This document shows, piece by piece, positions 9,574 to 21,500 of a DNA stretch of 36,364 nt (position 1 is its first letter; each line of letters begins with the position of its first letter). Source of the DNA: Cyanophora paradoxa CCMP329. Its lineage: Eukaryota; Plantae; Glaucophyta. Position numbers and translations under genes: made by a program. Location of the stretch: positions 1 through 36,364 of the forward strand of contig QPMI01000358.1 of NCBI GenBank assembly GCA_004431415.1, read 5' to 3'. The notes beneath the pieces were generated by a model, which saw only the letters and a list, made by a program, of their open reading frames with translations, was not told where the DNA came from and searched no databases.

Positions 9574-11081
9574 ATGGGCCCTCTTCGTGTTGGTGACGAG
9601 TTTCCGCGCGGGTGCGCATGGAGATTGCCCCAGCCTCGGCCCTGCGCGTGGGCGAGCGCGGAGAGTTTGCGCTCTACGCGCGCTTGACATTTCCGCGCGA
9701 TCCTAATTTTTTTGCTGCGCAGTTTCATCGCGTACGATCAGCTGGGCAATGCCATTTCGCTCGACAACCTGCTCGGCGTCAAGAACCTCGTCGTGCGCCG
9801 TGCCTCTCAATTCGTCGCTGTGTGCGGTTTCCGCTCTGACGCGCGTGGTCGCTGCAGGTGTTCTTCATTCCCGGTTCGCTGCCGATCGCGCGGCTACCTT
9901 AATTTGAATTTTGAATTCGATCTGAATTTGATCTGACCGGTCTTCGCTCACAGCGATCCGCGCGACCGTGAAGGACATCAAGCAAGTCGACGTGGAGCGC
10001 GTCGGAAGCAGTGCGCGCGTGTTGTTCCATCCGCCGTCTCGATCTGTCTTCGACGTGCGCTGATTCCGAGTTCCTCGCGCAGCGCACGAGCCGCAGTCGT
10101 CCTCCGTCTTCGACATCTCCACGTACGAGCGGCACTCTCGCGGCGGCATCAAGCTGATTGAGTACTTTGCAAGCCAGGTGTGTTCCGCCGCTTTCCCTGC
10201 AGCTGCCCGGCCGCAGCCCCGCGTGCTCCTGACTTGTGGTGCTGCGATCCTGGTTAGTACCGCCGCGGCTTCCAGGCGATGGGCGCGGAGGTCGTGTGCG
10301 TCTGCCTCGACTCCCAGAAGAACATTGCCGACTGGTACGCCTCCTCAGGCCTAGGCCTGCCTCTAAGCGCTTCGCCCGGGCCTGCTGCTAAACGCTGAAC
10401 GTGCGTATAGGACGAAGAAGCACCCCGTGCCGTTCGCAATTGTGGCGGACCCGGACTGGTCGCTGTCCCGCGCGGCAAAGGTCTCGCCGGCGTAAGCAAT
10501 TCCATTTCGTGATTCGCAACGTCAACTGCAATTCCAACCACATGCTTTCGTGGCCTGCAGATTTGCCTGGCTGCCCAAGAAGGTCTCGTACGTCGTCGAC
10601 CAGCGCGGCATCATTGCGCACGCGAAGGATACGAGCGCGCATGACTTCGACGGCGTACGTCTTTTCCGAAAGACTCTTCCTCCTTGCTAGCAAGCGGCCT
10701 GATCATGACACCGGTTCTGAACAGACGTTTGATGAGCACGTCAAGGTTTCGCTGAAGGTGCTTTTCCATTAATCCAGGATTCAGTCTATACATATAGCCC
10801 CGCCCGGGCTCGTGCTCACCAGGGACATGCACCTGCAGGTCTGCCAGGAGCTGGCGGCGGGCATCGTGCCGGTGGCGCGCAAGGTCGGGTACCTGGACGC
10901 GCTGCTCCCGGCCCTCGGCGTGCCCGCGCTCGTCAAGGAGGCCACCCGCAGTGCGCCGGCTCCGCGCTGTCCTCGCTCGCTCGCTCGAGCTCCGGAACCT
11001 GACTTTGAAGCGCCTGCATGCGCAGTGAAAGAGACCCGCAAGTCGGAGGATGTGGGCTACACCACGCAACACAAGCACTGA
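9574..11081 (+). CDS. Peroxiredoxin-fold (AhpC/TSA, BCP/PrxQ-like) protein apparently lacking the peroxidatic Cys
   Basis: Spliced: MGPLRVGDEFPRG / FIAYDQLGNAISLDNLLGVKNLV / VFFIP / AIRATVKDIKQVDVERVGS / THEPQSSSVFDISTYERHSRGGIKLIEYFASQ / YRRGFQAMGAEVVCVCLDSQKNIADW / TKKHPVPFAIVADPDWSLSRAAKVSPA / FAWLPKKVSYVVDQRGIIAH... / TFDEHVKVSLK / VCQELAAG...stop 11081. This matches the BCP pattern L.VGD..P.F...DQ.G..VSL, F...GAEV..VS.DS, PF.L..D.D, R.TYV.D..G.I and H...L. Confidence 0.8.
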
Positions 11082-11785
11082 GCGCCCGCCATGGCCACGG
11101 GTCGCTCTCTCTCCGCGATCGTCGTCCTTTCACACCAAACCACGCCGATCATAGATGTAGATTTATTCCTGCTTTCTTCGTTTTCCCTTCCGATTCTCTA
11201 GATCTTTGGCCCTCGTTCGATCCAGATGAGATCCTGTAGCTAGGCGTTGTCTTCCCATTCGAATCGATTTTCTTCAATCATTCAGTGCGCGCGAACGCAT
11301 GGGCACGCATGCATATGGCATGCGACGCCGGTATACGTACCAGTCGTGTTTCGATTTGCGCCCAGTTGGACAGGCTTCAATTTGCAGGCGTTCTGGCGGA
11401 CATAAAGGGCCTTGCAATAATTACACAGCGCTATCAACGCAGAAATTCGAACAGCATATAGATGCGGAAACAGCCTTCGACGTGTCGCCTGGACATATTC
11501 GCGCCGATATGCAGCCCTGCGCTCATGCAGCCATTTGCGCCCCATCCGTGGCATCCTCCCCTCGCGCCTGTACCCCGGACGACCCGTCGGACCGGTGCCG
11601 GAGCGTCCTCTGACCTCTTCAAGAGCATGGGGCGCGAAGCGCTGCAAGCCCCATCGCACCCTAAAACGCCCTCCAACGCCCTCCTCCCCCGCTGCTGGCC
11701 GGATCGAGCGAATAAGGAGCGCCAGCATTCGACATCAGTCACATATGCACCGAAGCATCGCCGGGGCTGTCGAAATCGCGGGTCG

Positions 11786-11786
<1 letters not shown>

Positions 11787-11818
<32 letters not shown>
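11787..11818. repeat. Poly-G tract (32 G)
   Basis: Uninterrupted G run read directly. Confidence 0.9.
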
Positions 11819-11819
<1 letters not shown>

Positions 11820-12376
11820 GGTACGCAGCTTAACTGCCGCCGAGGGGCGCGTGCTGCAAATTTTGAGGGCGGACGGGGACGCCGCTCGCGGCGCTGCAGC
11901 TTGTCCCGAGAGCTCGGGCTTGCTCATTCCAGCGGAACTGTTCCTTCTTGCAATTGTGTATTGTCAGAAGCACCTATGGGCTAGCCGATGGACAGAGGGG
12001 ATGCATATGGCGCCCAGGGCGGCGCCACGCATGCGCAGGGCAGGGGAAAGCGGGGGGTGGGGAAGCGGGGCGGGGCAGCAGGGTGGCTCTGGGGGAGGGA
12101 CGTGTCGACGGGAGATCGAAGGTGGGGGCGGGAGAGGAGGAGTGGGGCGAGGAGGGAGAGGAGGAAGGTAGGGGGCCGGAGGACGCCCTGGCGGTCTCTG
12201 GGGGAGAGCGAAGGGCGGGCGGGGGGAGCGCCGGTGGATATCCTGACGCAAAGATCGTGTAGTGAGTGAGAGAGGACAGAGTTGGCGGGCGGCCGCGGCT
12301 GCTCATGAGACGGCCACGGGCGGAACTCTCCGGCGCCCGTGCCGGCCGCGGCACCGCGCGCTAGATCCCCATCCCG

Positions 12377-12421
12377 CCCCCCCCCTCCCCCCCCCCCCCA
12401 CCTCCCCCCCCCACCCCCCCC
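12377..12421. repeat. Interrupted poly-C tract
   Basis: Run of about 45 nt of C interrupted only by single T or A bases, read directly. Confidence 0.85.
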
Positions 12422-12538
12422 GGTTGCCGTACGACGTAGGTTTCGATTTCATTGCTTAAACTAGGGCATTAGCATTAGCTGCGGGTTTCGAATTCATAGC
12501 AACTGCTTAATGATAAGCTAGAAAAAGGCTGCTGCCTA

Positions 12539-12599
12539 GCCTAAATATCAATTACATCATTAAATATCATGGTGCCTAAATATCAATTACATCATTAAA
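12539..12599. repeat. 26-bp direct repeat duplicating the last codons and stop of the giant gene
   Basis: gcctaaatatcaattacatcattaaa occurs at 12539-12564 and 12574-12599. Confidence 0.9.
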
Positions 12600-15500
12600 A
12601 ACTGACACGCGGGAACTGTCAAGCGAGGACGATGTCGAAATTGCCGCTGCAGGCCTGGGAAGAAATACGTTCACGGATGCAGGCCTTGGAATAAATACGT
12701 TCACGGTTGCCGGCCGTAGGAATATATTCACTGTCTCTTGATCTGAGCTCGACTCGCGATCGCCCGCTGTGCGTGTGTATCCGGATCCGGCTACAGACGA
12801 ATTCAATGATGTAGCTCGCGACCTCGTGCCCGCACTGCTGCGAATTCCGTCCTTCCTTCCAGCCACTCTCCAGGTGCCCTGCAGCTGAGATACCAGTGAG
12901 TTAATGATCACATGGAGAAGTAGAGTCGTGCGACGAGCTAAAAGCGTCCCACAGACGTCTGTTGGAAGACAGTGAACCTGAAACAGTTTGAGCGCTGTAT
13001 AATACGCGACGACGAGCTGGCCGACGGCCTCGAAGGCACCGCCGACCAACGCGGCGACGTCCGCTGCCGTGTCCAAGTAGCTCGCGCGAATCACACGAGA
13101 CACCTAAGGTTTCCATGAAACGCGGTTCGCGCCGGGAAGGTTGGATCGGGGCGGCGCACGAGCAGGTAGGCGTCGTTGACCTCGAAGGCGGCGCGAAAGC
13201 CGACCGACTCCACCGCGCACTCCGGCTCGGAGAGCCGCCGCGTGAGCGAGCAGAGCCCCTGCGGAAGCCCGCTTAAATTGCAATGCTGGGATTGCCGCAC
13301 TTCGTTGCAATCACTCACGAACGAGGCCTCGTCCCGCTCGGAGAGGCGATTATCGGCCTGCCGCAGCGCCGCCTCGTACCGCGGGGGCCCGTCCGCCTCG
13401 TGCTCGAAGTGCAGGGCCGTGAGGAGGATGGGGACCGTCACAGGCAGCGTCCCGCGGAACACCGTCGGCTTCCTTTCTCCGGATCCGTGCGTCATCACCA
13501 CGCCGCTTATCGAAGCGTACTTCGGCACCTGCGCAACGGTTGAGCCATTCGCTTTGTGCAGGTCGCGCGGGGTCCCAGTCTAGGAGAGCACCTTGACTGA
13601 GTAGCGGACGGCCATGGCGAACGCGAGGCGGGACACGATGCGGAAGTCGACGGCGACGCTTGTGGAGCTCGAGGACTGTCCCGAGCCGGCGGACGAGGCG
13701 ATCCGGCAGTTGCCGCACCGCCACGTCACGCTGCACGTTTGGCCCGAGAGCGATGTCAGCGCGGAGCTCGCGCATTACGATTAATTAACTCGAGCATTGG
13801 ATGCGATAATTCTTCGCGGTGACCAGGACGCACATGCAGGAACGTTGGGAGGCACTGTACACCGCCGCTGCCACCGGCGGCTGCGTCTCGTCCACGTGCA
13901 GGATCGAGCGCCAGGAAACAATGACGCCCTCGAGCTCCTGAGTCGCGTTTGGCGACGGTCCAAGGAGGCTCGAGAGATTCAAGTCCGTCTGATGCCGAAC
14001 GACGCACGACCGTGCCGCTGTCACCGCTTTCTCAGCGCGCAGCAAGCGGACATATGCGTGAAAAATGCGAGGGCTGACCCGTCCATCCAAGGAAGCTCGC
14101 CGACGCCTCGACAGGACCTGAGATTGCGCTCGCCGAGGGGGAGGTCCCGGGCAGCAGCGTTTGAATGGTCTCGTAGTTTGCAATGCTCTGCGCGGGATAG
14201 TGCACGTGACAGGAGCTTAAGCCCAAAAGAAAGCAGCTGCAGGTAAAAATAGCAGCTGCAGGTCGCAGGTTTGTACGCACGAATTGGAGGATGACGAAAG
14301 AAGCTGACAAAAGAACGAATTGGAGAGCAACGAAAGAAAATGAGAACGGTATAGAAATTGATTGCAGCGACACGCTCGGGTGAATTATTTGCAAATATTC
14401 ACCCGCGAGGAGGATCGCGCCAGCTCCGATCAGCGTCGCGACTGAACCGGCGACGGACTGCTCTGTATCATTGGGCGCAGGTGCGCATGCAAGTGCCGTC
14501 TTTGCAGCGGAGATTTCCTCCGTGTACAGAAGATCCAGCCTGGAAACCTGTCGCACCGTATAAAATGGACATGGCTAGAACGCCGCTGCTGCCGTCGAGG
14601 CCAGAAATAGGCCGCGCGCACCCGCTTGATCCGTTTCGCCTTCATGATCAGATTATAATAGCTGTATAGTGCCGACCGAGAGCGAAGAGCGAACTGCTTC
14701 GATGTTTGGACCGACATCGCGGATCCGGAGCAGCGAGAAACTGCAGTTTAGATCTATTTCTGCGCACCCCCACGTGGATGTAGCACATCAGAAGGAGGCC
14801 GGCGAGAAGAGTCGCCACGCCGACACCGCCCGCCAGAATGGCGAAGGTGCGATACAGGCGCTGCTTTGCCACCTCCTCCGTCTTGATCTCCTGCATGCAC
14901 ATGTACGTGAGCCAGATTTCGCTGTTTTGAGTGGACTAGTAGTCGCAATTTAGAGCTGCGCGCGCGCTCTGCATTGCGAACCGCTTTGGTGACGCTGGCT
15001 GCGTTCGTGTCGTACACGACCTCCTCGGTGAGCAGATCGACGTCGACACTCTCCTCCTGCGCCGCCGTCGTCGCTGGCCATGGTGCCGCGTCGGCGTCCG
15101 CGGCTCCGAGAAGACGCCTGCCGCTGGCGGCTCGTAGCGACGGCGACCGCAACCGCCGCCTGCTGCAGAACGGGGTTCCGGAGCGCCCCAAGCCTCGTCA
15201 GCGCGCCTCGAGCTCCACGCTCATGATCAGGACTAAGGCTCGAATTTCGAAGACGGACCGCGACGAGGTTCGAGAGCCCATCTCGACGAGGTCCTCAGCA
15301 GTTCGGCCGATGAGGTCTCTAAAAAAGGAGACGTCGATCGGCTCCGACGTTGCCTGAGCGCTGCGGTCAGCTTTTGTTGGCGCGCCCTTATTGAGAGCTA
15401 GAGCGTGCGCGATCACCAGCGGGCAGAGCTGCGCGTCTCTGCACTCCTTGCACACGGTTGCGCCGGCCTCGGGCGCGAAAGTGCCCGAGGGACTTGAGGA

Positions 15501-18500
15501 TAGAAACGAAACCCTCAGTGATGCACACGACGTGGTACATGAGCTCAATGAACAAAACATCACAAACCAGGGCGCGCAGTAGGACAGGGACTTGTTTCGA
15601 AAAGTGCCGGGCTCGCACAGCTTGCAGTACGTCTGAAGCTCGTCGCTCTGTTTGTGATTGCCGGCTCGTCAGCCAACTCTAACATGCATATGCGGCGACA
15701 ATTGCAATGCATCGCATCGCACCACATAGCCCTCTGCGCATGCGGTGCACCCGGTAGATCCTTCGGCGGAGACCGAGTTTGCGGGGCACCGGGCGCAGCG
15801 CTCGGAGCCAGGGGGGAGCTGCCGGCCGGGCGGGCAGGCGGCGCAGCGAGTGCGAGTCGGATCGGACACGAAGCCGGACGGGCAGCGAGCACAGGCGGCA
15901 TCTGAACGGAGTGGGCATCGCCGGTCAGCGCGTCCGATACGAGGACATGTACAGTCTCCGGAATAATTCGGTCAAACCTCCCGCATTGGAAACACTGAGC
16001 GGTCCGCACAAAGCGCAAACTCCCTCCTTTGGAAAGTACCCGGCACTGCAGTCTGCGACGGCGCAGTTCGAGCGCATTGTCAAGAGCTGATTGCGCGACG
16101 GCTGCGCATGAGGACAGAAGCTTAAGCGTGCGTACTTTGACAGCGTCTTCGATCCTCCGATGGGACCTGGCCGGGAGGGCTAAAACCTCGTCAGCCTCGA
16201 ACGCAGTGTCGAACTCAGAAAGGGAGCACCAGAGCGTGCAGGCCGCGGATCCCTCGAATTGAGCGACGCGCCCCGCCGGGCATTGCTCGCATCTTGCCAG
16301 CGAGGCGCCCGTGGGTCTGAAGGTTCCCTGCGAAAGAAAGTGAGCATGAGCATCAGTGCATTGGGCCGAAATAAAACGACGAAAGCTGAGATTTGAAAAG
16401 ACGCACGGGAGCACACGGCAGGCAAGAGCGGCGGTCCGGGGTCGAAATGAATCCCTGAAGAGCAAATTTGTATTTGCATTGAGGATTTGAGCGAATTCGA
16501 AGCCGAGTCGAGTAGAAGGCGCACGGGGGGGCATTCTGTGCATTTGAAAGGCGTGCCCTCCTTGGGCGCGTGGTGGCTGCCGGGGCACTGAATATGTGAA
16601 ATCAGCACCGCGCTCAGTGCCCGTTGCAGGTCACGTTTACTCGAAAACTCGCACCGCAACGCACTGCAGCGTCCCGTTCGGCATATACGTGCCTGCGAGC
16701 GAGGCGCAAGTCACGGAAGGTTTCCGACATTCGCCTCAATGCGCTCGATTCGCACCCGAATCGCATCTGCGCACGCACATAAAATAATCAGAGCCCGCGA
16801 TTCCAATGCCACCCGTGAGATCGGGTACGCGACGATCGAAGCGGCGCACCGTATGCACTTCGTTGAATCGCCGGAAGGGAACGATCCGGGAGGGCACTCG
16901 AGGCAGCGGTCGGGGGTCGCGGGGGGCGACCAGGTCCCCTACAAAGCGCACATCGCCCAGCTGCGGTCAGCCCCGGAACACATGCAAGAGATGGAATTGC
17001 AGTTCCGCGCACTGCTTTGCAAGGAAGGCAGGAGTTCTGCATTAGGCCCCCGACGCGCCCGTCAGTGTTGGCGTGCGTCGCGTTGTCATGCGGCGGCGCG
17101 GGCGCCCGCACCGTGCCGTTCGGCTGGAAGGTGCCGCTGCTGCACTCGAGGCATTGCGTTCTGTGCGGGGGCACGTGCACGTGGGCTGATCGAGCTGACG
17201 GAGACAGAGACAGCAAATTGAGCGCACCTGTCTGAGTTGCTGATGTACCCGCGCGGGCACGGCAGACACGAGGAAGCGCCGGCAGCGCTGATGAAGCCAT
17301 CCGGGCAGGGCGCGGCGGGGGAGGGCGGCACGCAGAAGAATCCCGCGCGGCACAGATCGCACGACGTGCCCTTCCGGATCCTCGCCTCCGTCCCGGCATC
17401 ACTGCGCGTGCCCAGCGCAGAACAGGTCATCGGTCTGTTAATGTCGGACGCAGCCGTTCGCGCACCATAGAACGCAAGTGGCGGAGCCCCGTGTCGACAC
17501 GTGTCCAACCGGGCACTGCCCGCACAGAGCGAATTGCTAAATACATATTATATCTGAAACGCATGTATATGCATGCGCACCTCAGAGCAGGAGGACATGT
17601 TTGACGATCGGAACATGCCTGCCGGACAGGGGCTGGGCGAATGTGAGCTCATCGCCTCGATCCAGCCGCTTGAATGTTTGAACGCACGAGCAACCCTGCC
17701 CGTCGGGTTCCACTACTGTCCCCGGCGCGCTGTTCGAGGGGAGGCGCGCGTCAGCTCTCCGTGCGACACATGCAGGACCCGCGCGCTGATCATGACTGCA
17801 GCCCGCACCACTCGAGACAGGCCGCGAGGCCGGCTCCGGGTGCGTACGTGTTGCCGACGCACACTTGGCACTGGTGATTAATCTCGATCGTTCCTGCGAT
17901 GGCGCCAACCAAAATCAACCCATACGAGTATTTGGGCGCTGGGACGGCGCGCACCGGGTCTGCAGGGGCTACACGATGTCCTCTCGGAATTCGGTGCGGT
18001 TCCCGGCCCGCAGACGGTGTAGTTGCGGGAGCCGGGAAGTGCGACTGCCCCCCACGGCGCCGCCATGCACTCCGGCATCGGATCATGCCTGAAGAAGCCC
18101 CCAAAGCAAGCTGTCGAATCGATTTCGCGGGGGTCAAGCACTGGATGAGAACTGGGCGGAGAGCTAGAGGAACGCACGGCTGCACTTCTGGCCGTCCGCG
18201 GCCGACTCGAAGCCCTCCCCGCACGGTTCGCAGGAGGTGCTCCCGGGGAGGGTGGCGACGCTGTTCAATGCGCACGGGAGGCAAGATTCGTTCACCTGGT
18301 AGGATCCTGCGGTTGCCGAGATGATTAATTGGAGGCTCGCACGTTCACACGCGCGCTGCTACAGCTGCAGGTGGGCACCAGGACGGCACAGGATGCACTC
18401 TGACTTCGGGCCGTTCGGAACGGATCCGATCGCACACGTGTCGTAAGTCGCGCTCCCCGCAAGAGCGATGGCGCTCGGCGGGACGGGAATGCAGTCCGAG

Positions 18501-21500
18501 GCGTTCTGGGGCCGGAAGGTCCCCGCGCCACACGGGACGCACTTCTGCTGGTCGGCTGCGGCAACGCTGCCGGCGGCGCACGCTTCGCAAACGGTGACTC
18601 CGTCCATGGAAGATACATGGTTGTGGGGGCACCTGCAGAGCCGTGAAGGTCATTTGCAGACAAGCAAAGCGATCACGCAATGAGAACCGGCACTGACGTC
18701 TCGCAAACGCCGTCGTTCTCGTAGCTCCCCTTCGCGCAAGGGATGCACCCGGTCTTGGGGCCGTTGGGGACGGTGCCGGGCAGGCAGAACGTGGGCTCCG
18801 CCCGGACAGCACCCGAAACACTCTTGGGCGGCACGGGCTCGCACGCAGACATGTTTGCCGCGCGGTACGCGCCTGCCAGACAAGGAAGGCAGATCTGTGA
18901 AGCCACGTATGTATCAGAACGAGTTGGAGAGCCGCGACTCGCGATCGTGGTTCCATTCGAACCTGAGAGCTCGCGTCTGCCACGTGCCCCGGCTCGCACG
19001 CAGTGCAGTTTTCGCTTCCCAGAAACGGAGTCACGTGATTCAGCGGACATCTGCACGTGTACACTCTTGATCAAAGACGATGTCAATACGAGCATGCATA
19101 TATACCTGCTGCACGTGGTTGCGTTGCTCTTGTAGCTTCCTTTGAGTTTCAATCGCATCGCACAGATCATAATCAGCGAGAATCTGCAGAGTTGCGCATC
19201 CGGGAGCCTCGGAGCTTGATTACCTTTTGGACAGGGCACGCAGACGCTGGAGCTGAGAACGTTCGGGATGTGCCCCCGCCCACAGGGCGTGTAACTGGAA
19301 GAGGCCGCAGGAGCGACGGCTCCCTCAGCCACGCGCTCACACGTCGTCATCGACGCCGACCGGTAGTATCCTGATTCCAAAATCAGGAATTACATATGCA
19401 CAGAACGGCGCCCGCCAAAGCTATGCAGAAGCGGGGCACCGGCGGGGCATGGAAGACACGATTGCATGTCCGGCGCGCTGATGTACCCAGGTGCACAGGT
19501 CGGACACGTCGTTGAGCCCTCTTGCGATGCGAACGTGTTGAACGAACACCTGTGACAGTTTCACTCAGGAAACGCTGATCCATCGCGAGGCGGGAATCAG
19601 CTTCCAAAGAAGTAAACCTTTGGCAGTCGTTTCCTTCTGCAAAAGAACCTTTCGGGCATCGAAGACACCTGCCTCAAGAATCAATGTGCTTTCACTAAAG
19701 GGTTTACGTTTGCGACAACAGGAAGCGCAGTAGGAAAACGCACTCGCTCCTCTCCACATTTGGAACCGTGCCATTGCTGCAAATCTCGCTCTCCCCGGCG
19801 CCTGCAGGTGCGACGCTAAACACATCCACGGGGACACAGGACAAGCTGCTGGCGTTCCGGTATGTGCCTGCCACAGCCCGCCCGCAATATAATCAGCTGC
19901 GTGCCTCGCGAAAATGCGGCTGCAAAGAAAGCGCTGAAGAGTGCGGGCTGAACCGCACCGGGCCCGCAAAGCAAGCAGAACCGCGAGTCGGCAGAGGAAA
20001 CCGCTCCCGCCGCGCACGCCGTGCAGGCTTGCGAGCCGGGAAGGGGCGCCACAGTGTGAAGCGGGCAGCTCGTGCACAAGCCAGGGCTCTCTTCGTACGT
20101 TCCTGCTGGACACTGCGCACAGCTCATGATCAGCTACACTCGCCCACAATCAGCATTCTACACCACGGGAGCTCACCTGGGTGCACTGCAGCCTAGTAGG
20201 GCCCGAAACAAAGCCTGGGCCGCACGCGACGGGGCTCCCTTGCCCCGTGCACATGGTGTCAATGGGGCACAAGGTGCACTCGTCCGTCCCGTTGACGGCG
20301 TAGTATCCAAGGGGGCAGCGCCTGCACCCGTCGCGCCGGACTGTGGTGACTCGCCCCTGCACATCACGCAGCGCAGGTGAGATACAGGCCCTTGGCGATT
20401 CGCTGCGCGATATTCAACCACCGCGTCCCGCGCGCGCACCTCGGGGCAAGATAAGCAGCTTCCATTCCGGCCCTCCGGGCTCCAGGTGCCTTAGGTTAAC
20501 GGTAAGAGGTACACCTGGGCTCCGGTACGACCGGCGCTCGCTCACGCGCACCGCTGGGGCAGTCGGTGCAGGGAGCGCCGGCTCGCGGCTGGTACTGCCC
20601 AGCGTCGCACGGCCTGCAGCCTGTGGAGGCCGCGTTGCGAACGTAGCCGGGGGGGCCTGCGGTCGAGCGGTGGCAAGCGACATAACCGTTAACGCTTGGC
20701 ATTGATTGCACTGTCTGGAGCCTGCAAAAAGTGCGTACACGAGTTGCAGCTTGTCGCGCCGCTTAGGGACCATTCGGTGGCCGAGCACATCCAGCACTCT
20801 CGCATGTTTGGATCGAACGCATGGGTGGCAAGGTATGACCCTGCAGGACTGTGGGGAAAACAATAAGGGGACGGTTGGAAGGAAGCATGCGCATGCAGCA
20901 GCAGCACTATTTGCTTTGTAATTACAGTGGGTCGCAAACATGCACCATGTCAAGCAGGCGCCGGTCCACCCCTGACTCAACGTGAAGCCGTTGCTGCCGC
21001 AAGCAGTGCACGGCTGCCCGGGAGCGAGGGCCGAAGCGTGCATCGGGCACTCTGCGGTCGAGTCGACGGCCGCGAGTTGAGTGCTGGCCTCAGGGGCGCG
21101 TCCCCCTCAATGTAGTAATTGTCCATGAACAAAACGCACCGTAGCACGACGAGGACCCGTTCGTGGACCACGTGCTACGCGCGTGCAAGGTGTCAAGAAT
21201 AAGCAGAGCGCGGGTATATATCTGCTACGCAATTTTTAATTTAATACAAAAAGTGCGATCACACCCCCACGGACACGTTGTACAGTTCTTGCTCCCCGCT
21301 TCGCTGAACTTTCCAGGTGGACACAGAGGGGCGTCTGTATCCAGCAAGAGCCCTTCTACCTGCGAGTACCGTCCTGGATGCCGGACGCGTGTCAGGCTCC
21401 GAACCGGAAAGTTGGGACGGCACGTCTACATGATCATGAGCGCGAGCCTGCAGGAAGGGGCTTGCACAAGTCGGCGGTCGCGACGGACTGGTTGAAGAGG

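Noticed and set aside
59-11081. Lipid/peroxisome metabolic gene cluster (PXMP4, NAT8-like, FAAH, Prx-like)
   Set aside because: No shared pathway can be supported. Orientations are mixed and unrelated genes are interspersed, as expected in a compact genome.
9574-11300. Selenocysteine replacing the missing Cys in the Prx-like gene
   Set aside because: No in-frame TGA in the reconstructed active-site exons; the position is GGC.
11282-11780. Possible extra small gene between the Prx-like and giant genes
   Set aside because: Short ORFs with no recognisable motif, codon bias or consistent splice pattern.
12648-12734. CRISPR-like array
   Set aside because: The units are adjacent tandem repeats with no spacers, they are protein-coding, and the context is eukaryotic with no cas genes.
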